The translations under genes and the position numbers were made by a program. 64,000 nucleotides of DNA, taken from assembly GCA_965222575.1 (NCBI GenBank), contig OZ244958.1:736001-800000 (forward strand). The letters are read 5' to 3'. The notes under the pieces are model-generated. The model had not been told where the DNA came from and did not search any database. It saw nothing but the letters and a program-made list of their open reading frames with translations. This DNA comes from Alphaproteobacteria bacterium (GTDB taxonomy: Bacteria > Pseudomonadota > Alphaproteobacteria > G965222575). Shown here one piece after another: positions 41,044 to 56,000 of this stretch. Position 1 is the stretch's first letter, and every line of letters begins with the position of its first letter.

Positions 41044-44000
41044 ATGAAGCTTTCTTTATTGCCTCATGGCTTTTGTGGACAATCCTTTTTAAAAGGGATG
41101 TTCAAGCTTGCCTGTGTCTTCCTGCTATTTGGAAGTGCGCCAGTCTTTGCCTTACCTTCTTTGAAGTACGGGCGCCCCGTAGACGGAGAAAAAATTAAAA
41201 TTACCAAACCTGCCTCTAACACAATGAACGTGGAGCAAACGGAGCGTCTTGCTGTGATTCATTGGGGAGAATTTACGGTAGGAAATGGGGAAACAGTCAA
41301 TTTTAAAGGCCCCTTGGACTCTGTCATTGTGAATCGTTTTACTCTGGATAAGAACTGGTACAGTAGCAGTCTTAGAGAGACGGATAAAGCTTATTTCAGG
41401 ATTGAGGAGGGGGGTACGGTTACTGGTAGCCTGAGACAAACGCTTGTTTTTGTAGCGCCCGCTCAAGATGTGCACTTAGCAGGACGAATAGACGCTCACT
41501 CTCTGCTCATCACCACCTCAGATTTTGTACATTTTACAGATGTCCTTAAGGAGCAGGAAGCGAAAACGATTACCTCTTCTACAAACTTTTTTCCGGCAAT
41601 AGGGGCAAGAGCTGCTCAAACATTGGCCGCGCGAGGGACAATTACACTTGCAAGTACCGCGGTGATTAACGTTGCAGATGTTGGGCAAATTGCCCTGATT
41701 TCCCCAAAAATCACTATCAACTCCCCAACTATCACCTTCTCTAAACTCTCGAAACAAGACTATCAGATTAAGGGTCTGATTCCAGGAGGGAAGCAACTCC
41801 TCTTAAGCACTGCGCAGTCTTTTACTTTTGATATCACCTCATCAGCTGTTGAATATGCAGAAGACTTAGACCCAAGTAATACTATTACGGAATCTGTCAA
41901 TGTTTTTCAAATCACCAATTGGTTTTCTAGGCAGAAAATAAAGAGTGTAACGGGGGATATAACGACATGGTTGATTCCTAAAATTGATATAAAAACAGGG
42001 ACGAATCTCGTAGCACAAGAAGTGCTTGTCTATTTACCTAGTACGCCTGCGCCATCATCTCCGGAGTTTTTATTAAACCCGGGCGCTTCCATTCAGGCGA
42101 ATCATCTCATTGACTTTCAAGGAAGGGGGGGATTGACCTTCGGCGGTTCCCTCATTATGGAGGGAATTTTAGGCAAAATTCAGATTGAAGGGAGCAGTTT
42201 CAGCTTACCTAGCGGCGGTAAAATTGAACAAATAGTCCCAACAGGGGGGCAAACAGCCGAGATTTTCATCAATATCAAAGGGAAGAGTGTGAGTAGTGTT
42301 CCTCTTGGAGAGAAGGCTATGAAAGGTGGTAGTAGTTCTACGAGTAGTGGCGGGAAGGTTGTTATAAGCGGAGCACACCCTACTAGAGGGGTGGGCATAA
42401 CCCATATCACAGCCGGGGACTTTTTGCACTCAGGGTCTTACGAATCCCATGTGGGTACCATTACACTTCATGCGAAACATGACCTGAGGATACTAGGAGG
42501 GACAGTCAAGATTACGGCAGGCACGGGAGAGGCTTCCATTAAACTGAATGCGGACTATGGAATGTATCTCAATGCAGGTGCTGTGCTGGATATGAGCGCG
42601 CGGGAGGGTAAAACCACTTTTTTCCTACAAGCTTTTAGTTCTATACTCCTGTTCAATAAATTTAAGACGCAACTCCAGGATAAGGCGGACCCCAAGGTGT
42701 TCTTTCACCTAGATAGAGGGGAAGGTATCGTTTTGCAAGGACAGAGAATCAAGCCTATTTATGTGGATATTACCTTTGAATACACGGATAGTACCGGCCT
42801 GAAGACGTTGCGCTTCCTGCCTGCCTTGCATGAACCCGTGAAACCCGAGCCCGTTTTTGTCCATTACGGCGCCGACCAGATGAAAGGGTTTCGTGTCCAA
42901 AATTCTGTTGATGCCAATAGAATACAACATATAAAGTTAATTACCGAATCTCTCAGTACACTGAAATTTGAGGCTCCGATCGATCTTTTTCGTAAAAAAG
43001 GACAAGTTGCGAAGCCGCGCTCTGTAGCCGTTTTCAAGTTTCCAACTTACCAACTCATGGTGGTAGGGTTACCTAGTCTTATACGCCCCTTTGGGGAGAC
43101 ATTAATTGAATTGCAAAAAATACAACAATCTCAAGTCTATGTTTATAAGTCCTACAGTTCAGGTGGGGCGGATACCTTTAAGCTCTCTCAAGTTCTATAT
43201 TCTCCTAAGCCACAAAGTGCTTTTGGTTACTCTATAGCCTTGTCTTTGCATGGTGGTCTTTTGTACTTAGCGGTGGGGGCCCCAAGATTTACGCATGGAG
43301 ACGGTAAAGCAATGGGGGCTGTGTTTCTGTACGCCGCTCGGGAAGGAGATCATTTTAACGAGGAGCAGGTCATCCGCATTGACAGAGAAACCATAGGATG
43401 GCAAGGGGGAAACGAGGATTTCCTCCTGAATTTAGGAGTTGATGTAGATTTTGATGGTGAGAAACTGTATGTGATTAATAATCACTTATTTGATATACAA
43501 ACCATCCTTCCCGCCGGAGCCGACCATCCAGCACGATATAGTTTTTCCTCCCTTTTTGTCTTTTCTCTCAATGGCGCGGGCGCAAAGTTGGAGAGCGTCT
43601 ATCAGTTTCCTCTTAAAGGCTCATCGTTAAGTTTGGATTCCTATTTCACTCTTCCGGAAGCGGTAAGGGTAAGAAACGTGGACTTATATGCTATAGACGA
43701 CAGGGAAAGGAAAGGCTTTTTCAATCACCCTTCTACCAGTGGGTTTACGCATTTGTCTGTTTACAATGGCGTTGTGGCTATTAAGGTTCAAAACTACGCC
43801 GAGTCTTTACTGGTAAAATCAGACGGCGCTCTCCCTACAGGGGATATTCCTTTCTATGTCCAAACAGATGACCAAACAGATGAGGAACAACAACTACAGC
43901 AACTAAAGCAACTACAGGAAAGCTTTGTATTCTTGCTTAGGACGGCGACGCCGAAAAAACCCCCGAAGGTGGTTTTTCAGCTACCTAACCAGGAGGTAAG

Positions 44001-47000
44001 GGGGCATGAGTTCCTGTATTACAATGACCACCATAGGGTAAGTTATCGATTTCTCGACCTAAGATTTGAGGGTACCTTAGGGATTATCTTATTGCCTTCT
44101 TCTGCTGGTGGGTACTCCTTAATCCTACAGGATGGCAGTGGCGTACGGTTTTTAAATCTCAGACCTGATGGATTTGACGATGGCTCTTTTGTCATCAGTC
44201 GCGTCGGTAAAAGTTCCTTTGTGGAGAGTTTTTTCTTTTTGGGCAAAAGTAAAAATTACGAAGGAGAAACCTATGGTATTGGAGTGTTTCAAGACATTCT
44301 AGGGGAGCTGTCTTTTGTCACACTCTCGCCTACGAATAAAGGGGTTATCTCTATTTCTTCTCCTGAGGTAAAAGACAGTATTGGGACGCAGGTGCTATCG
44401 AATTTCAAAAGCCTAGCGGTTAAGGCTTTAGAAGACCAGTATCTTGTTGCGCTTGGGAATGAGGAGCAGTTTGTCTCTCTGTACAAGGTCAGAAAGAGTC
44501 AGAATATCTTGGATATGGCCAATGTGGAATTGCTATTTGTTGTTTGGAATAAGGCGCCGGGCTTTGGGACTTCCTTAGCGTTCGGAGAAAAAGACTTATT
44601 TGTGGGGGCGCCTAATCAAGAAGGCGGGGGAACGGTTTATGCCTATAGACTGATAAAAGGGGATGCACTAGGGGATTTTGCCCTTGGAGCGCCTGTTGAT
44701 TTGTTGGAAGGATTAGAAGAAAGTTATACGGGGTTTGCAAGTGACCTCATCATAGGGGGTAGGATAGCCTTTGATTCCGTTCAGAAGTACTTAGCTATTT
44801 CCGCGCAATCTTCTGACCCTTACGGCACGTCGGCTGTGGGGGTTTTCTCCATCAATCAAGAGGACATAGGCATAGAAAGCAGAGTGGTCTTGATTATAAG
44901 AGGAGGGGCATCTTCTTATGATTCTCTTCCCTTTGAGTTAGGGTCTTTTGTAGGGTGGAGTGGAGATGGCAAGCTCTTAGGCATAAGTTCTCAGAAAAGC
45001 AGTAGCATTTATCTTTTTGATGGGACCTCCTTTGAGTTGAAAGGAAAAATTGGACAATATGATTCGTTGCTTTCTCTTCCGCAAAATCCATTTCTTTTCA
45101 GTTCATTAGAAAATTTTGCTTTGAGTGAAGGGTTTAGAGGTCTGTACACTTTATATGTTGCGCAATCGGAGAAAGTTTTTGTTTATCCTTTGCGGTATGA
45201 GCGCGGCACATTAGTTTGGGAGAAAGAGGGTAAACGTCTTGAGCATAAGCAGACGGATTACAGCTTTGTTTCTGTTTCCGGTCAGGGGCTATTGATTTTG
45301 GATAAAGCCACAGATGATGTCCACTTTCTCAATTTTCAAGCTGATGATATTAGAAAGCAAAGTTTGTCTGTCCTTAAGGTAAGTTTTGATCAGTATTATT
45401 TGGCTATAGGGGAGCCTTTTTATGATTCTAGCAAGGGCAGGGTCATGGTCTATGAGGATGGTGTTGCGGATTTTGCAATGTTACGATTTCAGTTTCAATT
45501 ACAGGGGGAAACTAAAGGGGACTTATTTGGCTGGTCTGTGGAGTTATTACTTGAGGAAAATGGACGACCTGTTCTGTTTGTAGGGTCTCCTCAGGTGACA
45601 GGTAGCAGGAGAGGTGTTGTGCAAGCCTTTTCTCTTGCGGCGTCACTTCAGACTAGTGACCGGGCTCTTTTCACTTTATCCCCATCCCCTAGCATTGAAG
45701 GCGTGAAAGGCTTTGGGTACAGTGTGTCCGCTAAGGGGTCTTATCTCTTGGTGGGGGCGCCGCAGACCAATGAGAAGGGGATGGTTTTCCTGTATCACAA
45801 TGATAACGGCTATACCCTCCAAGGCACCTATGACCTTGATGAGAAGGAGGAGATAGTGGGTTATGGCAGTAACGTTGGGCTGTTCCTTCATGATAGCAAG
45901 CACTATGCTTATGTTATTGGATATAGAGATGATGGGCAAGAGGGAAGGACGTCAACAATATCTCTGTTGAGGGAAGGTGTTGATGTGGCAAGCGGCTTTT
46001 CTTATGTTCCGCATGAGGATGTGGGGATGTTGTATGATTTTGATAAAGAATTGGGGGCATTCTTTTCTTTCAGTGGGGACGTTTCTGAGACCTACTTGGG
46101 GGCATTCGGTCTTGTTGGTGGTAGCACGAAAATCTTACGGTATCAGTTAGCATTTGATGCTCAAGGAGATTTTACTGTTAGACTTGCAGGCACGCCGGCA
46201 AGAGCGCCATCAAACACTGTTGTAATAAGGGGGTTCACCTCTTTATATAACCCCTCTTTGATAGACTTTGATGTGCTGGAAAATCGGTTGATGAAGGATC
46301 ACCTCTTTTTCTTCGTGGTCAACAATGTGGAGATTTTCAAATTAGAAGAAGAAAAATTAAGAGAAGAAGAAGATGGCTTGTTGCAAATTGTTAATATTAG
46401 AACAGGCGTTCAAAAGCAGGAAAAAAGAAGTTTCGATATTTTCAGGGACCCTGATACGCGGAAGTTATATGTAGCAGTAGGAGAGCCTGCTATAGGCTTA
46501 CCCATTGTGGGGAAAGTAACAGTGATGGAAGCCTTCGGTAGCAATTTTGAAGATGCGCAAATACGCTTTACTTTACAAGGTGAGGAGCTAGGGGATTACT
46601 TTGGCTGGTCTGTGAAGTTTCATCTCTTAGAGAAGCATCAAGAGAAAGATCAACTGGCGCTTTTTGTAGGGGCGCCTCAAGCGGAAGGCAGGGGACTGGT
46701 GAAAGTCTTTTCTCTCCAAAAAGAGGAACTCTTCACCCTAAGACCTCCTGAAGTGACCAAAAAAGAGGATGGAAGTCCTTTAGCTATCAGTTCTTTTGGC
46801 TATAGCATTAATGCTATAGAGAGAGACCTTCTCATTGGCGCGCCAGCGACTGGAAAATACAAGACAGGGGCTGTTTTCTTATATAAATGGGTAAAGGATA
46901 GGCAGTTTTATCGATTAGAACAAGGCTTTTTTATGCTGGAGATCAAACCGGAGGCAGTGAAAAGAACGTGGAATGTAAGTAGCACTTCTTACGAGAGTTC

Positions 47001-50000
47001 TGCAGCGCAAGCCTCCCCCCCTAACGAGCATCTAAAAATTCAAGGAATGGGGTCATCTCATGTTTTATTTCGTGACCTTATTCATGTCTCTGGAGTTGAA
47101 ATGGAGGTTGAGAGATTTGGCAGTGAAGTAGGCTTTTTTGATTTTGAAGAGCGGCGCTTTTTCTTTGCTGTTGCTTATGATGTGCAAGACAATGGAGTGA
47201 AGAAAACACTGTTATACGCCTTTAAGAAAGATGACAATGGGGTATTTGCAAAAATCCCCCCTCAGCAACGAGAGCGTGAGGACTCGCGCCAAGACCAAAA
47301 CGATGTTTTTTACAGTAGTGCGCAAACTTACAGCGTCTACTTTTCAGGTCAACACCCTGACAACCCTCAGGGAAAAAAAATACGTGATGATACTGCAATA
47401 GGCCCCATGAAGGTTTTGCCGGGGGAATATGTTGGATTTTTTACGTTTTTCGTTAGTGATTTATGGCGCCATCTGCCGTCTGAAAGGATACCGGCTCGTT
47501 ATGGAGGTAGATATTACTCAGAAATTTTTACGGGCAGGACAGTATCCCAAGGAAGTGTCGGAACGGGTAGTCTTATCCGTTACCGTGTTATAGGTGCTAT
47601 AAAACTTGGTGGTGGTAAAGGGGAGCTTAAGTATTTTTCCATTGGTTCAACTAAAAACCGTGATGGTATTAAGACTCTAAGGGAGGGCAATATCAATCTT
47701 GATATCCCTGGTTCTGAGGGATTGTCTTCTTTATATAACACGGGCTTGGTGACACTCAGGGTTTTGGACAGTTCAGGTATTAATCTTAATGGTAGCCTTT
47801 TCATCACATCAGAGATGAAAATGTTCAGGTTGTCGTTGAATACCGAGATTTTTTATATTGGTGGTAACCCTATGAGCACCCAAGCAGGCTTTAGATTGAA
47901 GGACTATCGCGCTACTAAGGGAAAAAGTTCTTATAGTATGGTCCTAACGCTAGTAGAGGGACGAGAAGAAGTTGGCACACGGGTTTTAGAGCTCTTAAAG
48001 GGGACGAGTCTGCAAATCAGTGAATTAGGAGCCGAAGAAATAAAATGGTTCGTTGGCGATAGAAGAAAAACCAGTATCTCTGTTTTGAAGAAAAGTGGTG
48101 TGACGTTCTTTTTAGCAGTGGGAGAGCCTTTTGTTTCAAAGGGCAGAGTGACGGTGTTTCGATCCAGTGAACAGGATTTTTCAGATGGGCGTGAAGTCTT
48201 TTCGTTAGAAAATCCAAGTAAGGACGGTCTTTTTGGTTGGTCTGTGAAGATGCATTTTCTGGACAGAGATGGAATAGGTATTGGCCTTCCTGAGCCGGTG
48301 CTGTTTGTGGGGGCACCTACTGACCCTGAAGCGAAGGCTAGCACCTATAAGGGGGAGGTACACCTCTATTCTTTCGGGAAAAATGATAAAGGTGAGTATG
48401 ACTATGCCCCTCTACAAACACTGGGTTTGGAGTATGGTTACGAAGCACTGGACTTGCGTGGCTTTGGATATGCCTTAGCGGCCGTGAGATCCTCTCTCAT
48501 CGTTAGTGTACCAACATCATACAAGTCTCTTGGCACAATCTTTGCGCACGGAGGACTCTTTGTATATCACTGGGATAATGATAAGTATGTACTCAAACGT
48601 ACAGAGCTTATGTTTACAGGAGCAGTACCGCGTCCTACAGCTCCAGGTGTCGTCTTTTCGCATCGAACTTCTATTGGTGGCGTTAATAGGAACTTTGGCG
48701 CGGAGGTAGGGGCTTTTATCTACTTTGAGAGCGATTATAGCAAGGATCCCAAGTATCAGGAAAATCCATACACTATCGTTGACCCATGGGTGGCTCATTC
48801 GGTTGATGGTACATACTATTGGGGTATAAATAGAAAAGGCGGAAGCCAGGGAGACTTCCTGCAACGCGACGACGCTCGTGCATATTATCAAAATTATTTT
48901 AAGGGGACACCCCATTTTTATACTGCTGCTTATAATGCGGACAGTTCGAAAACCGTGTTGATATTCTTTAGGGTAGGAGCTGACGGGGGCGTAGACTTCA
49001 CACAAGAGAAAGAACTTGACGGAGAGGTCGGGTCATTTTTTCCCTTTCGGCATAAAGTGTGGCATAGCGCGAATCGAAGCAGTAGTTACTATAACTTATG
49101 GTATACGTCTGATATTTATGTGTGGAAAAATGATGCAAATAGTCGTCTTTATCTCCATAACGTCCCTGTTTATTTGAATGTGATAGGAGGGCTTACCTAT
49201 ACGGCCGAAGAGAAAGGGGAACTTATGTTGATTACGTTGCGCCTGCCACAGCAGCCATATCCAAAAGATCATAATTCTGCTTCCATTACACAAATAACCA
49301 AGCAGACCACAACGTTGTCTCTTGATACACTCTCTCTTGGGGTCGGTTTCACTGATGCTTATAATCCTTCTAAAGTCAGCATTGATGTTGTGGACGGTGC
49401 TAAGATTAACGAGCACGTTTTTGTAACGACAAAGTTGGAAACTTTCCGACTTGGTTACGCAATTGGAGGAGTAGGTGTTCGACATGCCGGCAAAGGTCCT
49501 ATAACATTAGTGCCGTCTTTGCAGGGAGCACATGAGGCTTTCAAGTTAAGAGAAAAAGTGGAGGAAACCAGAACAAGAGTTGTGTTCTTGAACCCCCAAG
49601 CAAGGGCAGAGGGGGTGAGTTTGCCGAACAAGGTGGCGTTGCCGGGTCCTGACCAGGAGCTATTGATCTTTCAAGGGATTGCGTCAATTTCTGTCTTAAA
49701 GGCCTCTGCTCATAAGTTTTACTTAGCCTTGGGAGACCCTACTGATAATAGTAATACAGGTAAGGCTGTGGTGTTTGAAATGGGGCATTACGACTTTTCA
49801 GATGTGCAGAAAACCTTTGAGGTTGAAGGAAGTGCTGCGGGAGATTGGTTTGGCTGGTCTGTGAAGTTACAGTTACTAGATAGGGACGGCGGGGGTGCTG
49901 GCCTTCCTGAGCCAGTGCTGTTTGTAGGCGCGCCTAAAGCCAAAAATGGAAAAGGTTCTGTGGAGGTCTTTGACTTCAAAAAGAAGATCCTTATTCAAAC

Positions 50001-53000
50001 CCTTAGTCCAGAGGCTTCCTTAACTTATGTGCGCGCCTTTGGGTATAGTTTAGGCGGCGGTATTTACAAGAAGCGCCAATTTATTAGAGGTCCCCCTGTG
50101 ACAGAAGACGAAGAGGAGGTACACAATTACCTTCTTGTAGGAGCGCCTGCTAGTGTGCAGTCAGATAGCGTTGATACTCAAGACGGGGCGGCGTTTGTGT
50201 ACAAATGGAACAATGGAGAGGGAGCGGGAGGCGCAACAGTACCCGGAGCCTATGAACTCAAAGGTGTAGCAAGGCCGCCAGACGGGAGTCATATAACAGT
50301 AGGCAGCGTTGTGGAAGGGCAGCTACCTGATAGTGCTACTGTTGGGGGGGTTGACGTTGCCTTGTCTGTCTACAACGAGCATTTTGGCGCTTCTGTTGGG
50401 TTTGTGAATTATGACAGTATCCCCCTTCTTTATGTTGTGAGTTATAATAGTGATAGGACAGGGACAGCTATTTCCGCTTTTCAGTTGTTGAGTAGTGGCA
50501 CCGATGCTGTGAGTTATGGGGGGACGCTTTCAAAAGTAGTAGAGGGGGAATACGGCGCTTTCTTTACATTACCGATACAGGCATGGGAAGTGTCCTACTT
50601 TGAGGGTTCTGCCCAGTATAAGTGGTTTTTGAGTGAGACAGAGGCAGATACCTTTACTCTTCCTGTCGATAGCCTTCACGAAAAGACGGAAAAGACGGCT
50701 ATTGACGTTTTAGGCTTTTTAGTTCGTGGAATAGGGGGGGACTTAACAGTCAAATATGGGGTTGTGAATCCTAATGCAGGAGGGATTGATTTTCAAAGTC
50801 CTGAGATTAAAATTAATACGGGGATAGGTGTGCTTGTGGGATTCACGACTTTATATAGGACCACCAATAAGCTTTCCTTTGCGGCACTTCGGGATCGACT
50901 GTTGATAGGACAGGGAGTAGAGGTGTATATTGCTCCGTTGACTGTGAATGATGAAAAAAATATCACCATAGGGAGTTTACAGACAGTAGCAACACCAGCA
51001 ATTACTTTCACTGAAGTTACAGCCATTGACGTCTTGAAGGAATCTGATAATAAGTTTTACTTAGCGGTAGGAGAAGCTACTGATACTAGTGAGAAAGGTA
51101 AGGTTACAGTGTATGAGGGGACGGATTCTGCGTTTGCCGATATTGCGGTCAAGTTTACAAAGAGTGGAGACAGTGAGGGGGATAGGTTTGGCTGGTCTGT
51201 GAAATTAAATTTATTGGATAAGGACGGAGCGGGTAGTGGCACTCCTGAGCCAGTGCTCTTTGTAGGCGCGCCTAAAGCCAACAGTGAAAAAGGGTATGTG
51301 AAGGTCTTTAATGTTGATGTGTCGGGGTCGTTTATTCAAACCATTAAGTTTGCTCATAAGACTTTCAACAAGATAGCTCTCTTTGGATATAGCATAGGGG
51401 CTAGGGGTGAACACCTTATAGTAGGCATGCCTGGAAGTATAAGAGGCGGGAAGCCCTCTGGAGGGGCTATAGCCCTGAAATGGAACACTTTGAGCAAGCG
51501 GTTCAAATTAGGCAAAGTTTACCTTTACATCACCGACAATGCTCACTACGGAGGCACTTCAGTCGGGGTTTTCATGCACAACAATACAACGCCCTATTTT
51601 TATTATGCGCACTATAGCCCCAGTTCATCAGCCACCGTCATTAGATTGCGCAAGTACGATGGGGGGCATAAGAACTTGGAGGGAACTGAAAAAGACGACG
51701 GAGTCGTATACGGCTCCTTATTTACCATACCGGTTGAGAAGAGTGATGGTAGCTCTACAGAGCTGTTAGGCCTCCTGTACAAGGATGGAGACCAGTTAAA
51801 GATTAAATATGCTTCATTGGCTGTTACGCACCCAAGGAGTAAAAGGAATTTGTTGCCTAGCCTAGGCGATATAGACATTCCTGGGGATGTTGTGGCTGGT
51901 TTTACGCTTCCTGAAACCTATGATACTGACCCTATGCCTAGAAGGTGGTCTTTTGCGGCGCTTCCGGGTCGTCTGTTTATGGGACATGGAGACAAGGTGT
52001 ATGTTGCTTCGTTGACTGTGCCTTCTGTAAGTTTGAGAGGAATAGTAGGAGAAACCTCGCGTCGAGTGGAAAGTGTGACGTTTGATATAGAGAATATAAG
52101 GAAGGCGTCGCTCCCCTTAGGGAAAGTGGCAAAAGTTGTTTTTGACGAGATTTCCTCCCTTTCTGTTTTAAGGGTCACAGATAGTAAGTTCTATTTTGCG
52201 GTAGGAGAATCGGGTTTTGAGGACTTTACAGGTAGGGCTGTGGTGTTTGAGTCGAAAGATTCTGCGTTTTCCGATATCATGCAAAAGTTTGTGATTAAAG
52301 GAGACAATGCAGGGGATTGGTTTGGCTGGTCTGTGAAGTTGGGGCTACTAGATAAGGACGGAGCGGGTGCTGGCCTTCCTGAGGCAGTGCTGTTTGTGGG
52401 GGCGCCTCAAGTGGGGGTGCCTCAAGCGCAAGCCAAGGGTCTTGTGCAGATTTATACCGTTAGGAGTAAGGGAAAACTTCAAACCATAGAGCCGACCTCA
52501 AATGATAATCGCGCCTTTGGCTATAGTGTGGGTGGTGGCTTGCATGAAAACAGCGGTTCATCCTTTCTTGTTGTAGGGGCGCCGCATAAGACGCTTCAAA
52601 GTACAACCGGAGGCAAGGTTTACTTTTATGAATGGAAGGCAGGGCAGTATATCTTGAAAGAAGCGTTTGAGTCCTCTAGTAGCAGTGATACCAACTTTGG
52701 TTTTGCAGTGGGGAGCTTCCTGTATAGTACAACGCCTTATTTTTATGTTGCGGATACCCGTACGACCAGCATTGTTCTTTCCTTCTACCAAGTCAGGGGG
52801 AATGATGTGTTGGTCAAGCGCTTGGAGACCTACAGAAATGGCGCATGGTGGAAAGTGTCCTATGAGGAGGAAGGTGCTCAAGTTTACGAGTGGTATAGCT
52901 TAGAGTCCGAGGCAGATGCCCGCGTAATGGCACTTGGTGCTGCTTCTCCTTCGGTACAAGCTCAAAAAGTAGCCTACACAGGTGACACAGGTGAATACGG

Positions 53001-56000
53001 TTCTCTCTTTACCATACCGGTGAGTGCATGGAAAGTGTCCTATGAGGAGGGAGGTGCTAAAGCTTACGAGTGGTATAGCTTAGGGTCCGAGGCTACTGAC
53101 CGCGTAACGGAAATTGGTGGTAGCGCTTCAGCACAAGAGGGGTATGTAGAGGTTTTAGGCCTCCTGTACAAGGATGGATTACAGTTAAAGAGTAAATATG
53201 CGGCATTGTCTTTTACGACCCCAGGGAGTTTGTTGGCTGACCTAGGTGAGATAGACATTCCTGGAATAGACATTCCTGGAGATGTTGTGGCGAATTTTGG
53301 GTCTCCTTCCACCTATTTTGTTGATGTTGCTAGTACCGCTGTGCCTCGCAGGCTGTCTTTTGCGGCGCTTCCGGATCAGCTTTTTGTTGGAACGGGCTCA
53401 AGTGTGCAGATTTCCGCTTTAACGCCATCTAATCTGGAGGTTATACGTTCTTCAGATACTTCATCTTCTATGAAGGTATCTGGCGTTTTGGTCAACAATG
53501 GAATCAAGAGTTTGTCCTTGACAGCTAATGGCGGTGTTGCTGATGTGCTGTTCCTCGTAGAGGAGGAGGAAGAAGCAGCAACAATTAGTTTCACTGAGAT
53601 TACGTCAATTGATGTCTTGGAGTTTGATGATAATGGTGTTGATAAGTTTTACTTAGCTGTGGGAGAAGCTACTGCTAATAATGAGAGGGGTAAGGTTGTG
53701 GTGTTTGAAGGGTCGAATTCTGAGTTTGCCGATATCGCGCAAAAGTTTAATCTTAAAGGAAACAATGCGGGGGATTGGTTTGGCTGGTCTGTGAAGTTAA
53801 ATTTATTGGATAAGGACGGAGCAGGTAGCGTAAATGCTCCTGAGCCAGTGCTCTTTGTAGGCGCGCCTAAAGTCAACAATGGAATAGGTTATGTGAAGGT
53901 CTTTGACTTTAATAAGAGGGTTATTCAAACCATTAGGTTTGCCCATGGAGCTGTCGATATAAAGCTCCTTGGATATAGCATAGGGGCTAGGGGTGAACAC
54001 CTTATAATGGGTGCGCCTGGAACTACACATGGAACGTATACCATTGGAGCAGTGATATATGGAAAATGGAACACTGCGACAAAGCTGTATACCATGAAGA
54101 TTTCTGTATACGCCCACACGTCACGTGTTTACTTTGGCAATGAAGTCGGGATTTTCCTGCACGCAACGCCCTATTTTTATGCTACGTACTATTACTCACC
54201 CGGGAAATATACCACCGTTAGACTTTTCAAATACGACAGTGGGAATTATCTTCGAGATGTGAGGAGAGAAGGTGTCCGATTCGAATACGGTTCCTTATTT
54301 ACCATACCGGTTGAGAAGAGTGATGGTAGCTCTACAGAGCTGTTAGGCCGCCTGTACAAGGATGGAGCACAGTTAAAGATAAAATATGCGACATTCAATC
54401 CCTTGCTTACAACAGGCCGCTTTCTTGAGGATCGAGGCGAGATAGATATAGAAGGGGATGTTGTGGATGAGTTTACGCTTCCTCCAACCTATGATAATGA
54501 CCCTATGCCTAACAGGTGGTCTTTTGCGGCGCTTCCGGGTCGGCTGTTTATCGGAAATGCAGCAGGGGTGAGGAGTGCCCTTCTTACTGTGGATGATACT
54601 TCTAATCCGTGGACTATTACCCTAGGGAGTTTTGTACAGGCAGTAGGTACACCAGTAGGTACAACAGTAGCACCAGTAGCACCAGTAGCACCACCACCAT
54701 TTACTTTCACTAAAATTACGTCAATTTCTGTCTTGAAGTTTGCTGATAATAAGTTTTACTTAGCTCTGGGAGAAGCTGGTGGAGATGATAGTAAAGGTAA
54801 GGTTGTGGTGTTTTCGGCGGCGGATTCTGCGTTTGCCAGTAGCCAGCAAAGTTTTCATGTTTCAGGACAAAGTGCGGGGGATTACTTTGGCTGGTCTGTG
54901 AAGTTACAGTTACTAGATAAGGACGGCGGGGGTAGCGTAAATGCTCCTGAGCCAGTGCTCTTTGTAGGCGCCCCTAAAGCCAACAGTGGAGTAGGGTATG
55001 TGAAGGTCTTTGGCCTTGATGGGTCGAAGATTGCAAAGATTACGCCGCCTGCTTCTAATGTGCGCGCCTTTGGGTATAGTTTAGGCGGCGGTATTTACAA
55101 GAACCGTCAAGGCAGTAGTAGGAATGTTAATCCTAACACGATGACGCAAGCGCAAGTTGAGGCTTCTCTTAATCCTTTCGATATAAGGGAAGTGACAGAG
55201 AAAGTGGAGAATTACCTGTTGGTGGGGGCGCCTGAGAGTGTGAATACAGATAATACTCAAGTCGGGGCAGTGTTTGTGTACAAATGGTTCAATGGAGGGG
55301 ATAAAGGATTCTATAACTTCAGCATGACAATAACTCCGAGTCAGGCGACTGCGTTGCCTTCTACTGATGGAAGACATTTTGGCGCTTCTGTTGGGTATTT
55401 TAGTTATAGTAGTTGGGGCTTGCATATTTATGTTGTGAGTTATAATAGTACGCATACCAGGACAGCTATATCCACTTTTAGATTCAGTGGTAGCCTTTAC
55501 TATCGCGATAACCTGTCAAAGTATAATATAGTTGGGGAATACGGCGCTTTCTTTACATTGCCGGTACAAGCATTGAAAGTGAGCTACTTGGCGTGGTATG
55601 CGCCAGGAGGAGCATCCGAGAAGTTTGATTTTTCTTGGTCTGCGCCCGCCCCGACAATGAGTCAGCCGATAACTCACTTGCCGGGGTGGAAGATGGGTGA
55701 TAGTGGTGAGTCCTTCAGAAAAAGTGGCTTGGCTCTAAAGACGGAAGAGGATTCTATTGAAGTCTTGGGCTTTTTGGTTCGTGAATCAGGGAGCTTAAAA
55801 ATCAAATATGGGTTTGTGGATGAGACTGCAGGGATAGGGATAAGTGTCAATGCTCAAAGTTCTGATATTTCCATTACTACGGAGACACCGGTAGATGTGG
55901 GATTCACGGGTTTATATGAGAGCAAGCCTTCCTTTGCGGCCCTTCCGGATAACCTGTTTATAGGACATGGAGAAAAGGTGTACAATGCCACTTTGAATGC

